Assembly (NCBI GenBank): GCA_009781635.1
Contig: WQXU01000005.1
Coordinates: 13,443 to 77,442, forward strand
Direction of reading: 5' to 3'
DNA: 64,000 nucleotides
Source of the DNA: Treponema sp.
GTDB lineage: Bacteria > Spirochaetota > Spirochaetia > Treponematales > Breznakiellaceae
Both the position numbers and the translations under genes were made by a program. The notes beneath the pieces were generated by a model. The model did not search any database. It was not told the DNA's origin and saw only the letters and a list, made by a program, of their open reading frames with translations. Shown here in pieces: positions 18,745-28,258 of this stretch (positions are counted from its first letter, which is position 1; each line of letters begins with the position of its first letter).

Positions 18745-19962
18745 ATGCTGATTAAACCAATGGTTCGCAATAATATTTGCCTTAATGCGCATCCTGCAGG
18801 ATGCGCAGCGAGTGTGCGCAGGCAGATTGAATATGCAAGAAAAAATTTACAGGCACCGGAAAACACGCAGGATAAATTTCCAAAACTTGCGTTGATTGTA
18901 GGCTGTTCAAACGGTTATGGTCTTGCAAGCCGCATTTGCGCAGGATTTGGTTATGGAGCTGCAACGGTAGGCCTTTCCTTTGAAAATGAACCATCAGAAA
19001 AAAGAACAGGCACTCCCGGCTACTATAACAATAAAACCTTTGATACAGAAGCGCAAAAAAACGGGCTTATTTCCATTACACTAAACGGCGATGCTTTTTC
19101 TGATGAAATGAAAATTAAAACCGCAGAGGCAGTAAGGCAGGCTGCCGAAAAAGCCGGTGTGCCTGCGAAAATCGATCTGTTTATTTATTCGCTTGCATCA
19201 CCTGTCAGATCGGATCCAAAAGACGGCGTTATGTACAGATCTGTTATTAAACCGATAGGCGCAGCTCAATCCGGCAAGGCATTGAATTTTATGGACGGAA
19301 CTTTCAGTGATTTTACAATTAATCCCGCAACAGATGATGAAATTGCCAGCACCGTAAAAGTAATGGGCGGCGAAGACTGGGAATTGTGGATGGATGTATT
19401 GGAAAAAGAAGAGCTGCTATCGCCGCAGACACGCACTGTTGCATACACTTATATCGGTCCTGAACTGTCCTGGGCTATTTATAAAAATGGCACAATCGGC
19501 AAGGCAAAGGAAGATCTTGAACGCGCCTGCACTGTGATTAATAACAAGTTAACAGAAACGAATAAAATATACGGCGCATGGGTCTCTGTAAATAAAGCGC
19601 TCGTTACGCGGGCAAGTGCGGTTATTCCTGTCATTCCCCTGTATATTTCCTCTCTTTTTAAAGTAATGAAAGATATGGGTTTACATGAAGGCTGCATCGA
19701 ACAAATTGTCCGTCTGTGCCGCGACCGTCTCTATGCTTCCTGCGCCGCTGTGCCGGCAGACAGCGAAAACCGTATCCGGATTGACGACTGGGAGATGCGC
19801 GATGATGTGCAAAAAGCAGTTACGGAAAAAATGAAAAATGTTACAGCGGAAAATGTATTTACAGAAACCGATATTGCAGGCGTTAAGCATGACTTTCTGG
19901 AAGTCCACGGTTTTGATGTAGCGGGCATTGATTACGAAGCGGAATCTGATATCTTCCAATAA
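18745..19962 (+). CDS. fabV: trans-2-enoyl-CoA/ACP reductase, FabV/TER type
   Basis: The N-terminus MLIKPMVRNNICLNAHPAGC closely resembles the Treponema denticola TER/FabV family. Length is ~400 aa. Confidence 0.85.
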   Translation: MLIKPMVRNNICLNAHPAGCAASVRRQIEYARKNLQAPENTQDKFPKLALIVGCSNGYGLASRICAGFGYGAATVGLSFENEPSEKRTGTPGYYNNKTFDTEAQKNGLISITLNGDAFSDEMKIKTAEAVRQAAEKAGVPAKIDLFIYSLASPVRSDPKDGVMYRSVIKPIGAAQSGKALNFMDGTFSDFTINPATDDEIASTVKVMGGEDWELWMDVLEKEELLSPQTRTVAYTYIGPELSWAIYKNGTIGKAKEDLERACTVINNKLTETNKIYGAWVSVNKALVTRASAVIPVIPLYISSLFKVMKDMGLHEGCIEQIVRLCRDRLYASCAAVPADSENRIRIDDWEMRDDVQKAVTEKMKNVTAENVFTETDIAGVKHDFLEVHGFDVAGIDYEAESDIFQ

Positions 19963-20511
19963 CTATTTTAATTTTATCTGCTTGATTTTATATTTCTCGC
20001 CGATACCGTAAAACTGCGCAATCAGCGGTTTATTTTCTATACATTCAATAACTGCAAATGTTGCGCCTATCCTGCTGCGCGGCTGCCCAATGCTTCCGGG
20101 ATTAATTAATGCAATGCCGTCTTCGTCCGAGAAATACGGAATATGGCTGTGTCCGAATAATACTGCGTCTGCTTCCTTATTTTCAGCGGCGGCAAGAAGC
20201 TTGTAATAACCGCTGTACAAACCGTGACGGTGTCCATGACACATAAAAAAACGGCGGTCTGCAAAATCAAAAATAACAGATTCCGGAGCCTGAATGCCGT
20301 AGTCGTTATTTCCGCAAACTATTTTCCAGTCACTGTAAAATCCTGTTTCGTCCGCCGCTCTGCGTAAATCAGAAAGACCGTCACCAAGGCATGCTGTTGC
20401 ACAGATTGTATCATTCGGCGGAATGCGATCATTAGCCCATTTAAAGACAGCTTTTAAAGCTGATACGCTGCCGTGAGAATCAGAAAACACAAGAAGCTTT
20501 TTGCCGCTCAT
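19963..20511 (-). CDS. YfcE/MJ0936-family metallophosphoesterase
   Basis: Metallophosphoesterase motifs FSDSHGS, GDGLSD, GNNDY, CHGH and GHSHIP. Confidence 0.8.
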   Translation of the reverse strand: MSGKKLLVFSDSHGSVSALKAVFKWANDRIPPNDTICATACLGDGLSDLRRAADETGFYSDWKIVCGNNDYGIQAPESVIFDFADRRFFMCHGHRHGLYSGYYKLLAAAENKEADAVLFGHSHIPYFSDEDGIALINPGSIGQPRSRIGATFAVIECIENKPLIAQFYGIGEKYKIKQIKLK

Positions 20512-20523
20512 TAGTTAATTTTA

Positions 20524-21936
20524 CTATAACTTGCCGGATTTTTTAACACTTAAATATTTATTAATTAAAGCGGATGAAATATGCGCAGGCGATGTTTCCA
20601 GAACCAGTAGTCCTGAATGCTCCCATTTTCTGTATAAACGGCGGCGGTTTGCAAGATAACTGCGGGCTGCAGCGGCTTCAAGAATTTCTTCGTCTGTTTT
20701 CATAATATGATCATTTTTCGGAAAAGCCAGTTTTTCTGCTTCGATTTCACGAAAACTGACCATTAAAAGCAGATGGCGCTGATTTATGCGCGGAAGAATC
20801 CATGACAGCGATTCGCCGTCTTCTTCCCTGAAATTACTGATAAGAATTATAAAACTGCGGCGGTGCAGTTTGTTCAAAGCGTTTTCCATGGCGGAGAAAG
20901 GAGATGACGGAACCGGCGTACTGTGAAGATCATAAAGCCCGTTCATAAGGGATGTATAGGCGCTCATTCCTTTGCGGGGCGGTATCCAAAGATCGCGCGC
21001 GCCGAAACTTGCCGCTGCAATTGAGTCTCCGTGTTTAAGCGCAACATAGGAAAGCAAAAGCACTGCTTCAAGCGCGCTGTCGAAATGAAAGTCAGGCAGG
21101 CGGTAACCTGAGTCGATTATTAATAGAATTTGCTGATCCTGCTCTTCCTGATAATTTCTTACAATGAGTTTTTGCCTGCCGTCCAGCTGGCAGTTCCGGC
21201 TTGTTGCCCGCCAGTCTATTGAACGAATAGAGTCGCCTTCCTGATAATCCCGCAAACTTTCAAATTCCAGGCCGCATCCGCGCTTTCTTATCTGCTTGAC
21301 TTCTCCCTTTTCCGGGTTTCCCTTAATGTCGATTCCCCGCGCCATTTGCTTAAAATTGGGGTAAGTGCGCCCCTTGCTGAACGTATCGTGCGTTACGCGC
21401 AACTGCCAGAAGCGAAGGGGAGAGCCAAGGATAAATTCCGTTCCGGAAAAATGCCATGGGCCTCTTTCTTCCGGTATCAGGGTGTATTCAAAGACAAGGG
21501 GCTGCGATTTACTAAAATCCTTTCTTTTTAATTTTGCCGGAAATGCCGGAGCGCTCATTAAGTCAGAGTTCTTTCTGTAAACCGTTTGCAGGGTAAAATT
21601 TTCAGGATAAAGATCATAAAGACGGATAGAAAATGGCAACAGGACGCCGGCTCGGTTTATTAATAATTTAACATGCGCAGGCTCTCCCTGCGCCAGAGAA
21701 GAAGGGATTTCCCTTTCTGTACGCAGACGATCGCCCGGTATAAGCAAAAAAATTAAATCGCAAACAATTACAGGTATCAGGCACAAACCTGTAAGGAACC
21801 AAAATAAAAATACAATTTCATAAAAAAAAGAAACGCAGCCCAAAAGAAGGTAAAAAAGAGATACTATGAATAATGTTCTGCCCGCAAAAAATATTTCATG
21901 TGCTTTTTTTTGCGCGCTTCTTTCAGGGTTTGGCAT
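20524..21936 (-). CDS. DUF58 (vWA-like) protein with two N-terminal transmembrane helices, MoxR partner
   Basis: The core RDYQEGDSIRSIDWRATSR...ILLIIDSG is typical of DUF58. Its start overlaps the MoxR stop by 1 nt. Confidence 0.7.
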   Translation of the reverse strand: MPNPERSAQKKAHEIFFAGRTLFIVSLFYLLLGCVSFFYEIVFLFWFLTGLCLIPVIVCDLIFLLIPGDRLRTEREIPSSLAQGEPAHVKLLINRAGVLLPFSIRLYDLYPENFTLQTVYRKNSDLMSAPAFPAKLKRKDFSKSQPLVFEYTLIPEERGPWHFSGTEFILGSPLRFWQLRVTHDTFSKGRTYPNFKQMARGIDIKGNPEKGEVKQIRKRGCGLEFESLRDYQEGDSIRSIDWRATSRNCQLDGRQKLIVRNYQEEQDQQILLIIDSGYRLPDFHFDSALEAVLLLSYVALKHGDSIAAASFGARDLWIPPRKGMSAYTSLMNGLYDLHSTPVPSSPFSAMENALNKLHRRSFIILISNFREEDGESLSWILPRINQRHLLLMVSFREIEAEKLAFPKNDHIMKTDEEILEAAAARSYLANRRRLYRKWEHSGLLVLETSPAHISSALINKYLSVKKSGKL

Positions 21937-22919
21937 TATTCTTTTATTCCCCTGGGAGCCTCAATTTTTTTTATCAGATTTTCTATAACCTGCGCGGCAC
22001 GTAATCCTTCAAGTTCACTTTCCGCAGAAAGTGTTAAACGGTGCGCGAGTACTTCTGCTGCAAGAGCTTTTACATCATCAGGCAGCACAAAGTTTCTGCC
22101 AAGCAGCAGCGCCCTGCTTCGCGCGCAGCGTATGAGAGACAAGCTGCCCCTTGGCCCCGCTCCGGTTTCAACAGCCGGCGTTTGTCTTGTCGCTGCTGTT
22201 ATGCGCACTGCATAATCTATTATAAGAGGATCTGTGCGCAGAGAAGATGCAAGATTTTTTATTTCTATAAAATCCGCCGGTTCAAGAGCGGTCTTAACAG
22301 CGGCAATCGAAAGCTCCGCTCCTGAGTCTCCTGTTAGAACTTTTGTTACCATGTTTTTTTCATCTTCAATGTCAGGGTAATCGGCGATTATTTTCATTAA
22401 AAAGCGGTCTTTTTGCGCGTCCGGCAGCGGATAGGTTCCTTCATGCTCAAACGGGTTTTGGGTTGCCAGTACCATGAACGGAGAGGGGAGCCTGCAGCTT
22501 TCGCCGTCAAGGGTTACCTGAAACTCCTGCATTGCCTCAAAAAGCGCAGCCTGGGTTTTTGCCGGCGCGCGGTTTATCTCATCGGCAATGAAAAGATTCG
22601 TAAAGACAGGGCCCTTGCGCATAACAAATTTCCCGGTTGCGGGATCCAGCATTATATTGCCTGTTATATCAGCCGGCATTAAATCCGGCGTAAATTGCAC
22701 GCGCTTTGAATCACCGCCTATGGCTTTTGCAATGGCGCGCACTAAAAGGGTTTTCCCAAGACCCGGTACGCCTTCTACAAGAAGATGTCCTCCCGCAATC
22801 AATGTGACAAGAGCATGATCTACAAGCTGCTTTTGTCCAAAAAATGATTTGGCAATTTCATTTTTTACCTGCTCCAGTTTTTGAGCAGCTCTCTCAACGT
22901 CAAGTTTTTGCTGTTCCAT
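21936..22919 (-). CDS. MoxR-family AAA+ ATPase
   Basis: Walker A GVPGLGKT, Walker B FIADEINRA, and the motif VLATQNPFEHEGTYPLPDAQKDRF diagnostic of MoxR/RavA-type ATPases. Confidence 0.9.
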   Translation of the reverse strand: MEQQKLDVERAAQKLEQVKNEIAKSFFGQKQLVDHALVTLIAGGHLLVEGVPGLGKTLLVRAIAKAIGGDSKRVQFTPDLMPADITGNIMLDPATGKFVMRKGPVFTNLFIADEINRAPAKTQAALFEAMQEFQVTLDGESCRLPSPFMVLATQNPFEHEGTYPLPDAQKDRFLMKIIADYPDIEDEKNMVTKVLTGDSGAELSIAAVKTALEPADFIEIKNLASSLRTDPLIIDYAVRITAATRQTPAVETGAGPRGSLSLIRCARSRALLLGRNFVLPDDVKALAAEVLAHRLTLSAESELEGLRAAQVIENLIKKIEAPRGIKE

Positions 22920-23913
22920 TAATTAATCTCCGGTATTGATTTACTATTTCTTTATATGATCTTTCATTCTTAAAATTACTTTCATTTTCTCTCCCGCATT
23001 CAAACGCATCAAGATAATAGTCCAAAGCATTATATTTCTTTAAAAAACGGATCTCGGCATTAAAACGATCTTTTATCGGCCTTGAAGTTTTTTGCTTATC
23101 CGCAAAAACAAGGCCGAAAACAGGAATCACCATCCAGAATCCCGTAAATATTAAAATCAGTGCTGATATTATAACAGGAACAAGATTGCCTCTTTCCATT
23201 ATTGCACCGAACAAGGATCTTTCCAGTCTGGTATTTTGCTGCGTTTGAACAATCAGCACGCCGGAATCTTTTTCCGCTCTTGCGCCTGTTAATCTCCACG
23301 CCAATTTTGCATTTGGTTCCTCTTTCAGCCTTGAATTATACATAAAATACGGCCTGCCTGTAACAGTCAGAGCTCCCTTCCCAACAGGGAGTTCGGCAAA
23401 CCTTATTAAACCGGAAAGGTCTTCTATATAATTTATTTTATCATCATTAATTGCAAACGAAATATTTCTGTCAAAAGCGGGATGAATCTTGTTGTTTTCA
23501 CGATTGGTTTCAACTCCGCTGTATCTGACAACGATAATTCCAAAATCCAAAAGAAAATCTACAAGGTTATTATTGTAGGTTAAATTATCAAGGCAGATAA
23601 CAAGAAAACCTCCATCTTCAATCCACGGAATTATCTTATCCATGTTATCCCAATCGCACATCCATGAATGAACTATAATTACATTCTCCTGTATTCCGTC
23701 CAGCGTATCAGGATTAAAATAATTGCCGGAACGGACATTATAGCCGGATACTTTCAGCCATCGTTCCATTGCAAGGTAGTTGTTGTAATATGCCGTGCTG
23801 GATGGATAAATAGTTCTTTTATCAGGGTATATTTCCAGATTGCTATAAGCAAGAAGCCCGAATATTGAAATAATTAAAATAATGGCGGCGCAAATGTATA
23901 ATTTTTTATCCAT
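22900..23913 (-). CDS. membrane-anchored protein, DUF4350-like (tentative)
   Basis: Start moved to the ATG at 23913 (MDKKLYICAAIILIISIFGLL). This gives an N-terminal transmembrane anchor and only an 8-nt overlap with the upstream gene. There is a second transmembrane helix near the C-terminus. Its position between the DUF4129-like and MoxR genes fits the known cluster. Confidence 0.5.
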   Translation of the reverse strand: MDKKLYICAAIILIISIFGLLAYSNLEIYPDKRTIYPSSTAYYNNYLAMERWLKVSGYNVRSGNYFNPDTLDGIQENVIIVHSWMCDWDNMDKIIPWIEDGGFLVICLDNLTYNNNLVDFLLDFGIIVVRYSGVETNRENNKIHPAFDRNISFAINDDKINYIEDLSGLIRFAELPVGKGALTVTGRPYFMYNSRLKEEPNAKLAWRLTGARAEKDSGVLIVQTQQNTRLERSLFGAIMERGNLVPVIISALILIFTGFWMVIPVFGLVFADKQKTSRPIKDRFNAEIRFLKKYNALDYYLDAFECGRENESNFKNERSYKEIVNQYRRLINGTAKT

Positions 23914-25348
23914 TGTTAAGCCATCCTGCGCAAGCCATGGATCTGCATAAGCCGACAGCTTCTTCAAAGCTTCCCTCCGGCGGAAGCTGCCCTGCATATG
24001 CAAAATACACCCAATATTTTATCAGCCTGCCGAATAACAGGGCCTGCGGATTGTTAGCTGTCATTGCGTTAATAATATTTACGCAGTCGTTTTCGGTTGC
24101 ATTGGGAGGGAAATTAATTCCGTGGTATGCCGGTAATGACCAGATTGCCGCAGCGGCGCAGCAGCCCCATGCAAGGCGCGTTTCTCCCTGTTCATTGTAA
24201 TTCAGGGCTTTTTCCAGAAGCAGCGAAGGATTCTGACTGTCTTTTAAATTTATCCCCGTGGTTCTTCCGTAAGAATTTTTTGTTTTAAAAAATATCTTCT
24301 TCTTGTATTTAATAAAATAAAAAATTATAAATGCCAAAAGACCGGCAATTACAGTAATAATAATAAACCGCAGAAAAAGAGCGAGAATTTCACGTAAACG
24401 CTGCGTATACTCCCGGTCAAATTCAGGAATATCTCTTTCCTGCGCCGGATTTTTAAACCGTATGCTCCATGAATCTTTTTCACCGCCAAAATCCGCAGAC
24501 TCAAGAATTATCTGCAGCGCGGAAAAAGGCGTGTCATCATCTGCTGTAAAATGATCGTCAGCATGGCTTTGCGCAGGAATTAGTATACATGCAAGACACA
24601 GGACAGTAATTATATTTTTGTTTTTAAGTTTTTCCGCAAAATTACGGAATTTAATTTCAAGGTCCCAGCCCTCAACTTCTATCCGGCTGTTAATATAAAG
24701 GCTGAATCCCATGCAGACATAAATGGTTTCAGTTAAAATTAAATTTAAACACCATGCTGCAAAAAGATAAATTTCTATATCCGCAAAAGATTCCGGTATA
24801 AAAATCCCGTTGAACATAAGCTCGTTTAAAGTGAACAAAAAAGCAGATCCGCCCAAAAGCAAAGCTGCTTCAACAGCGATTCCCCAAATGGTTAAAATAA
24901 AACAATAATCGATACCGCCGTTTTTTAAAATAATTTTTCTTTCTTTAAGAGATTTTCCCTGTTTGATATTTCTTTCCAGCACGCGAACCGGCATCATTGC
25001 AGAACGCAGCGGACTAAATCGCCGCCAGAGCAAATCACCGGCCAGCCCCCGAAGAAGCGTCTTCCATAAACCCCTGATTAGAAGTTTTTTATCCGCATCT
25101 CTGTTAAAAAATCTGACAGAAACTATGTGCAGTGCGATGCGGTCAAACAGGGGTTTAAATAACCAGATGACAAGCCATGAATAATACTGGTATCCGTCAG
25201 GAAGAAATAAACGAAGGGAGAAAGCGCAAACCCAAAGAGGAATTCCAAAAAAAAGCAGAAACAAACTAAAGTTTTCCCGCCAAAGAAGAATGCCCGCATC
25301 AGCTGCTTCCCGGTAGCTTCTGCGTACAAAGATGCCGTCCTCTCTCAT
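23906..25348 (-). CDS. multi-pass membrane protein with DUF4129-like C-terminal domain (tentative)
   Basis: Start set at the ATG at 25348 (MREDGIF), which has GGAGA 8 nt upstream and an ATGA overlap with the upstream stop. There are several transmembrane helices. The C-terminal soluble region (LLLEKALNYNEQGETRLAWG...TENDC) resembles DUF4129. Confidence 0.5.
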   Translation of the reverse strand: MREDGIFVRRSYREAADAGILLWRENFSLFLLFFGIPLWVCAFSLRLFLPDGYQYYSWLVIWLFKPLFDRIALHIVSVRFFNRDADKKLLIRGLWKTLLRGLAGDLLWRRFSPLRSAMMPVRVLERNIKQGKSLKERKIILKNGGIDYCFILTIWGIAVEAALLLGGSAFLFTLNELMFNGIFIPESFADIEIYLFAAWCLNLILTETIYVCMGFSLYINSRIEVEGWDLEIKFRNFAEKLKNKNIITVLCLACILIPAQSHADDHFTADDDTPFSALQIILESADFGGEKDSWSIRFKNPAQERDIPEFDREYTQRLREILALFLRFIIITVIAGLLAFIIFYFIKYKKKIFFKTKNSYGRTTGINLKDSQNPSLLLEKALNYNEQGETRLAWGCCAAAAIWSLPAYHGINFPPNATENDCVNIINAMTANNPQALLFGRLIKYWVYFAYAGQLPPEGSFEEAVGLCRSMACAGWLNNG

Positions 25349-26325
25349 TCTTCTTCTCTCCATTTGTGCGCAGAACGGCCGGCAAATAAAAAGTATACTA
25401 ACAAGAGAATCCAAAAACTTATGCCTGCGCCGATTCGAAGCTGTAAAGGGAAAAAATGTTTGGAAGACCAAAAAGCTTCTATAGCTGCCGCAAGAATAAG
25501 CATCAATGTGCTTCCTGCAATTATCGGCAGCGCTTCATTTCCCGCTCTTTTTAATGAAGCTCCCCTGCTTAATCCGTTTGTAACAAAAAATCTGTAACCC
25601 AAAAGCAGGCCGGCATATGCGCAGAAAATAATTGCAGTAAGCTCAAATGCGCTGTGTGCAATTACGAAGGGAAAGAATGTTTTTGCATAGCCTATGTCAA
25701 TTAAATGTCCTCCTGCAATTCCCAAAAAACCTGCGTTTACACACAAAAAAAAGAGACTTCCTATTCCTGCGAATATGCCTCCTGCAAATGTTCTGAAAGC
25801 TATGGATATATTATTATAAATATAAAAACCAAACATATCAGCGTCATTTGAAATGTTCCGGGGAACCAGGTAATTGCCGCTGTCCGGATCATACATGCGT
25901 TCCAGCTGCGCAAGCTGAAGCGGCGGTAATAATTCGCCGGAAATACCGGGAAAAAATACGCAGAGTAAACCAAAGAAAAAAGCAATGCCGTAAAAAAGCA
26001 GAAAAGATGCAAGTATTCCCTTCCAGTGAAAACGAATCTTTTGCGGGAATGTTTTTAAAATAAAATTTATAAACGATTCTACCGGCCATCTGCGCTGGCT
26101 GTAAAGAATTTGATTCCCTTCATTTACAAGCGCATTTAGCCTTTCAATAATTACAGAATCAAAATTATTGGCTTTTGCGGTATTTAAATCCTGGGTTATT
26201 TCCCTGAACAGGCGGATAAAAAGAACAGCGTTTGTTTTAAGTTCGTATTTTTTTCCTCTTGCAAGAACGGAAAATTCATTCCAGGCCCGGTTCCGGCGCT
26301 GTATAAAATGCTGCTCTGTCATCAT
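25345..26325 (-). CDS. SpoIIM-like (DUF95) integral membrane protein
   Basis: An N-terminal soluble helical region is followed by ~6 transmembrane helices. FPFVIAHSAFELTAIIFCAYAG is typical of the stage II sporulation M / DUF95 family. Confidence 0.6.
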   Translation of the reverse strand: MMTEQHFIQRRNRAWNEFSVLARGKKYELKTNAVLFIRLFREITQDLNTAKANNFDSVIIERLNALVNEGNQILYSQRRWPVESFINFILKTFPQKIRFHWKGILASFLLFYGIAFFFGLLCVFFPGISGELLPPLQLAQLERMYDPDSGNYLVPRNISNDADMFGFYIYNNISIAFRTFAGGIFAGIGSLFFLCVNAGFLGIAGGHLIDIGYAKTFFPFVIAHSAFELTAIIFCAYAGLLLGYRFFVTNGLSRGASLKRAGNEALPIIAGSTLMLILAAAIEAFWSSKHFFPLQLRIGAGISFWILLLVYFLFAGRSAHKWREEE

Positions 26326-26328
26326 ATT

Positions 26329-27081
26329 TCATCCGCCTGACAATTTCCGCGCTATTCCCAAAAGGTATGCCGCGCCGGATAAATTATTAAGGCTGGTATT
26401 TCCATTTTTTAAATGGGGGATATAAATTGCAGCAATCTCATTTGCTCTTGCTTCTCCCAAAAGCGGGTAACGTCTTGCAAAATCCAGAATAGCCAGCTTT
26501 TCATCCTGTGAAATTGATCCAGATGCAGCGCATGGTTCGTATTTTTCAAGGAACCTGTTTAATGAATTGCGCGGAGTGTTTTTTGCAATTGATGAATAGA
26601 CAACAAGCGTTCCCCCCGCCCAATCGCCAATCCTTCTGAACCCCCGGCTTGAAGCAATCGAAATAAAGGCGATATGAAACAGAAAAAAAAATGTATCGGC
26701 AAAACGTAAAAGATTGCGTAAAAAAGAAGATGCCGGATCCACAGGCGCTCCGTCGCTTCTTATTGTCCTTATTCCCATAAACCGTTTTCCCGGACTTTGT
26801 CCCTTAAAGGCAAGTTCAAAAATTACATGATAAAACCAGTCAACGCAAAAACTTAAAATAAAAAAGATCCAAATGCCCAGCGCAAACCTGAAAAATGAAA
26901 ATAAAATATAGATTGCAAGAAGAATTGAATACTGGATAATTTTGTCTATCGCATAGGCAATTGTCCGTACAGGAAGGCCTGCGGGAGAAAGAACAAACTC
27001 GATCCCTTCGGGAGTTAAAGCTTTAATGTCAGATATACGGCACGCAGGCATTATTCTATAAAAAATTGGCTGCTGCTGCAA
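26329..27081 (-). CDS. RDD-family membrane protein
   Basis: RTIAYAIDKIIQ...SPGKRFMGIRTIRSDG and three transmembrane helices match the RDD domain pattern. An alternative ATG at 27051 would remove the 26-nt overlap. Confidence 0.6.
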   Translation of the reverse strand: MQQQPIFYRIMPACRISDIKALTPEGIEFVLSPAGLPVRTIAYAIDKIIQYSILLAIYILFSFFRFALGIWIFFILSFCVDWFYHVIFELAFKGQSPGKRFMGIRTIRSDGAPVDPASSFLRNLLRFADTFFFLFHIAFISIASSRGFRRIGDWAGGTLVVYSSIAKNTPRNSLNRFLEKYEPCAASGSISQDEKLAILDFARRYPLLGEARANEIAAIYIPHLKNGNTSLNNLSGAAYLLGIARKLSGG

Positions 27082-27553
27082 CCATAAAAACGATCGAAAT
27101 AATAATCATTACCGGAATAATGGATAAATATATAATGTACATAATACCGTAAAATTTCCAAAACGATTTATTATTTTTAAATGCCTGTTCCAAATCTTCA
27201 TTTGAATTGCTGAACTGATATTTTTGTATTCTTTCCCCCATGTTATATGTAAACAGGGACGGAAAAAAAAGCAGCACTCCCAGCGCTATATAAAAAGGCG
27301 AGAGCAGCCAGATGGGAAAGCTGCCGAACTCTCCAAGAAAATCCGAGGCAATAATTGACGCAACTATAGTAATAATTACGCCGATTGCGATAAAGCCGCA
27401 GTGAATGAACCCCATAATGCCCACAAAACGCAGCCAGGGCGATGCTTCTTTCAGATAACGCAGCATTGTTTCTGTCAGGCTGCCTGAACTTTGCATTTTT
27501 TCCGGAACAACCGGAGCATACGGACTGTCATATTGATTTGTATAATCGGACAT
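27056..27553 (-). CDS. small four-transmembrane-helix membrane protein, unknown family
   Basis: 165 aa with a hydrophilic N-terminus and then hydrophobic helices (WLRFVGIMGFIHCGFIAIGVIITIV...). Same strand as and overlapping the RDD gene. Confidence 0.55.
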   Translation of the reverse strand: MSDYTNQYDSPYAPVVPEKMQSSGSLTETMLRYLKEASPWLRFVGIMGFIHCGFIAIGVIITIVASIIASDFLGEFGSFPIWLLSPFYIALGVLLFFPSLFTYNMGERIQKYQFSNSNEDLEQAFKNNKSFWKFYGIMYIIYLSIIPVMIIISIVFMVAAAANFL

Positions 27554-27606
27554 GGATTTCTCCTTATCAGGTTATATACGGCATTTTTATACCGCATATA
27601 AATTTA

Positions 27607-28257
27607 TTATGCACCTCTGGAGTTGTTGCGTCTAGAGCTTACAAAACGGGAGAAATCATTAATATTTTTTACTGCAATTCTGTCAGGATATATTTCAACG
27701 CGCCGCTGGTTTACAAAGTGCCCGAGGATATCTCTTGCTTCGTTTGCGCTCATTCCGGCCCAGTGAGCTACGCCTTCAACAGTGGTTTTAAATTCGCGTC
27801 TTTCGGTGTTTTTATCGATATCAGGCTGCGTTTCATCGAGCATGAGGAATACGTCTGCAACTTTTGCCTGTTGATCCGGCAGCGTTAAAATCATGAAGCG
27901 CCGTTTGGAATCATAAATACGTTTACAGAACATCTTTAAGAGCTTAAGGGCGATCTGGGGATTTCCAAGCAGCAGGATTTCAAAATTCTGCGAGTTAAAT
28001 TCAAGCACTTTTACTTCATCAAGAGCGATAGCAGTTGCAGAGCGCGGCGAATTTTCCAGAATGGCCATTTCTCCGAACATTTCTGAAGGGTGAAGAATAT
28101 CCAGAGTCCTTTCAATTTCACCTATAAGTTTTACAAGCTGCACCTTGCCGGATTGAATAAGATAAAATGTATCTCCGATTTCGAATTCGGAAAAAATTAT
28201 TTCTCCCTGAGGGAATGTCCGGGAAAAACGTCCAAATGCCGCCAGATCCATAGCCAT
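27607..28257 (-). CDS. Crp/Fnr-family protein: cNMP-binding domain plus C-terminal HTH
   Basis: The cNMP-binding signature is FGEMAILENSPRSATAIA. The C-terminal segment TVEGVAHWAGMSANEARDILGHFVNQRRV resembles a Crp-type wHTH. Confidence 0.75.
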   Translation of the reverse strand: MAMDLAAFGRFSRTFPQGEIIFSEFEIGDTFYLIQSGKVQLVKLIGEIERTLDILHPSEMFGEMAILENSPRSATAIALDEVKVLEFNSQNFEILLLGNPQIALKLLKMFCKRIYDSKRRFMILTLPDQQAKVADVFLMLDETQPDIDKNTERREFKTTVEGVAHWAGMSANEARDILGHFVNQRRVEIYPDRIAVKNINDFSRFVSSRRNNSRGA

Positions 28258-28258
28258 T

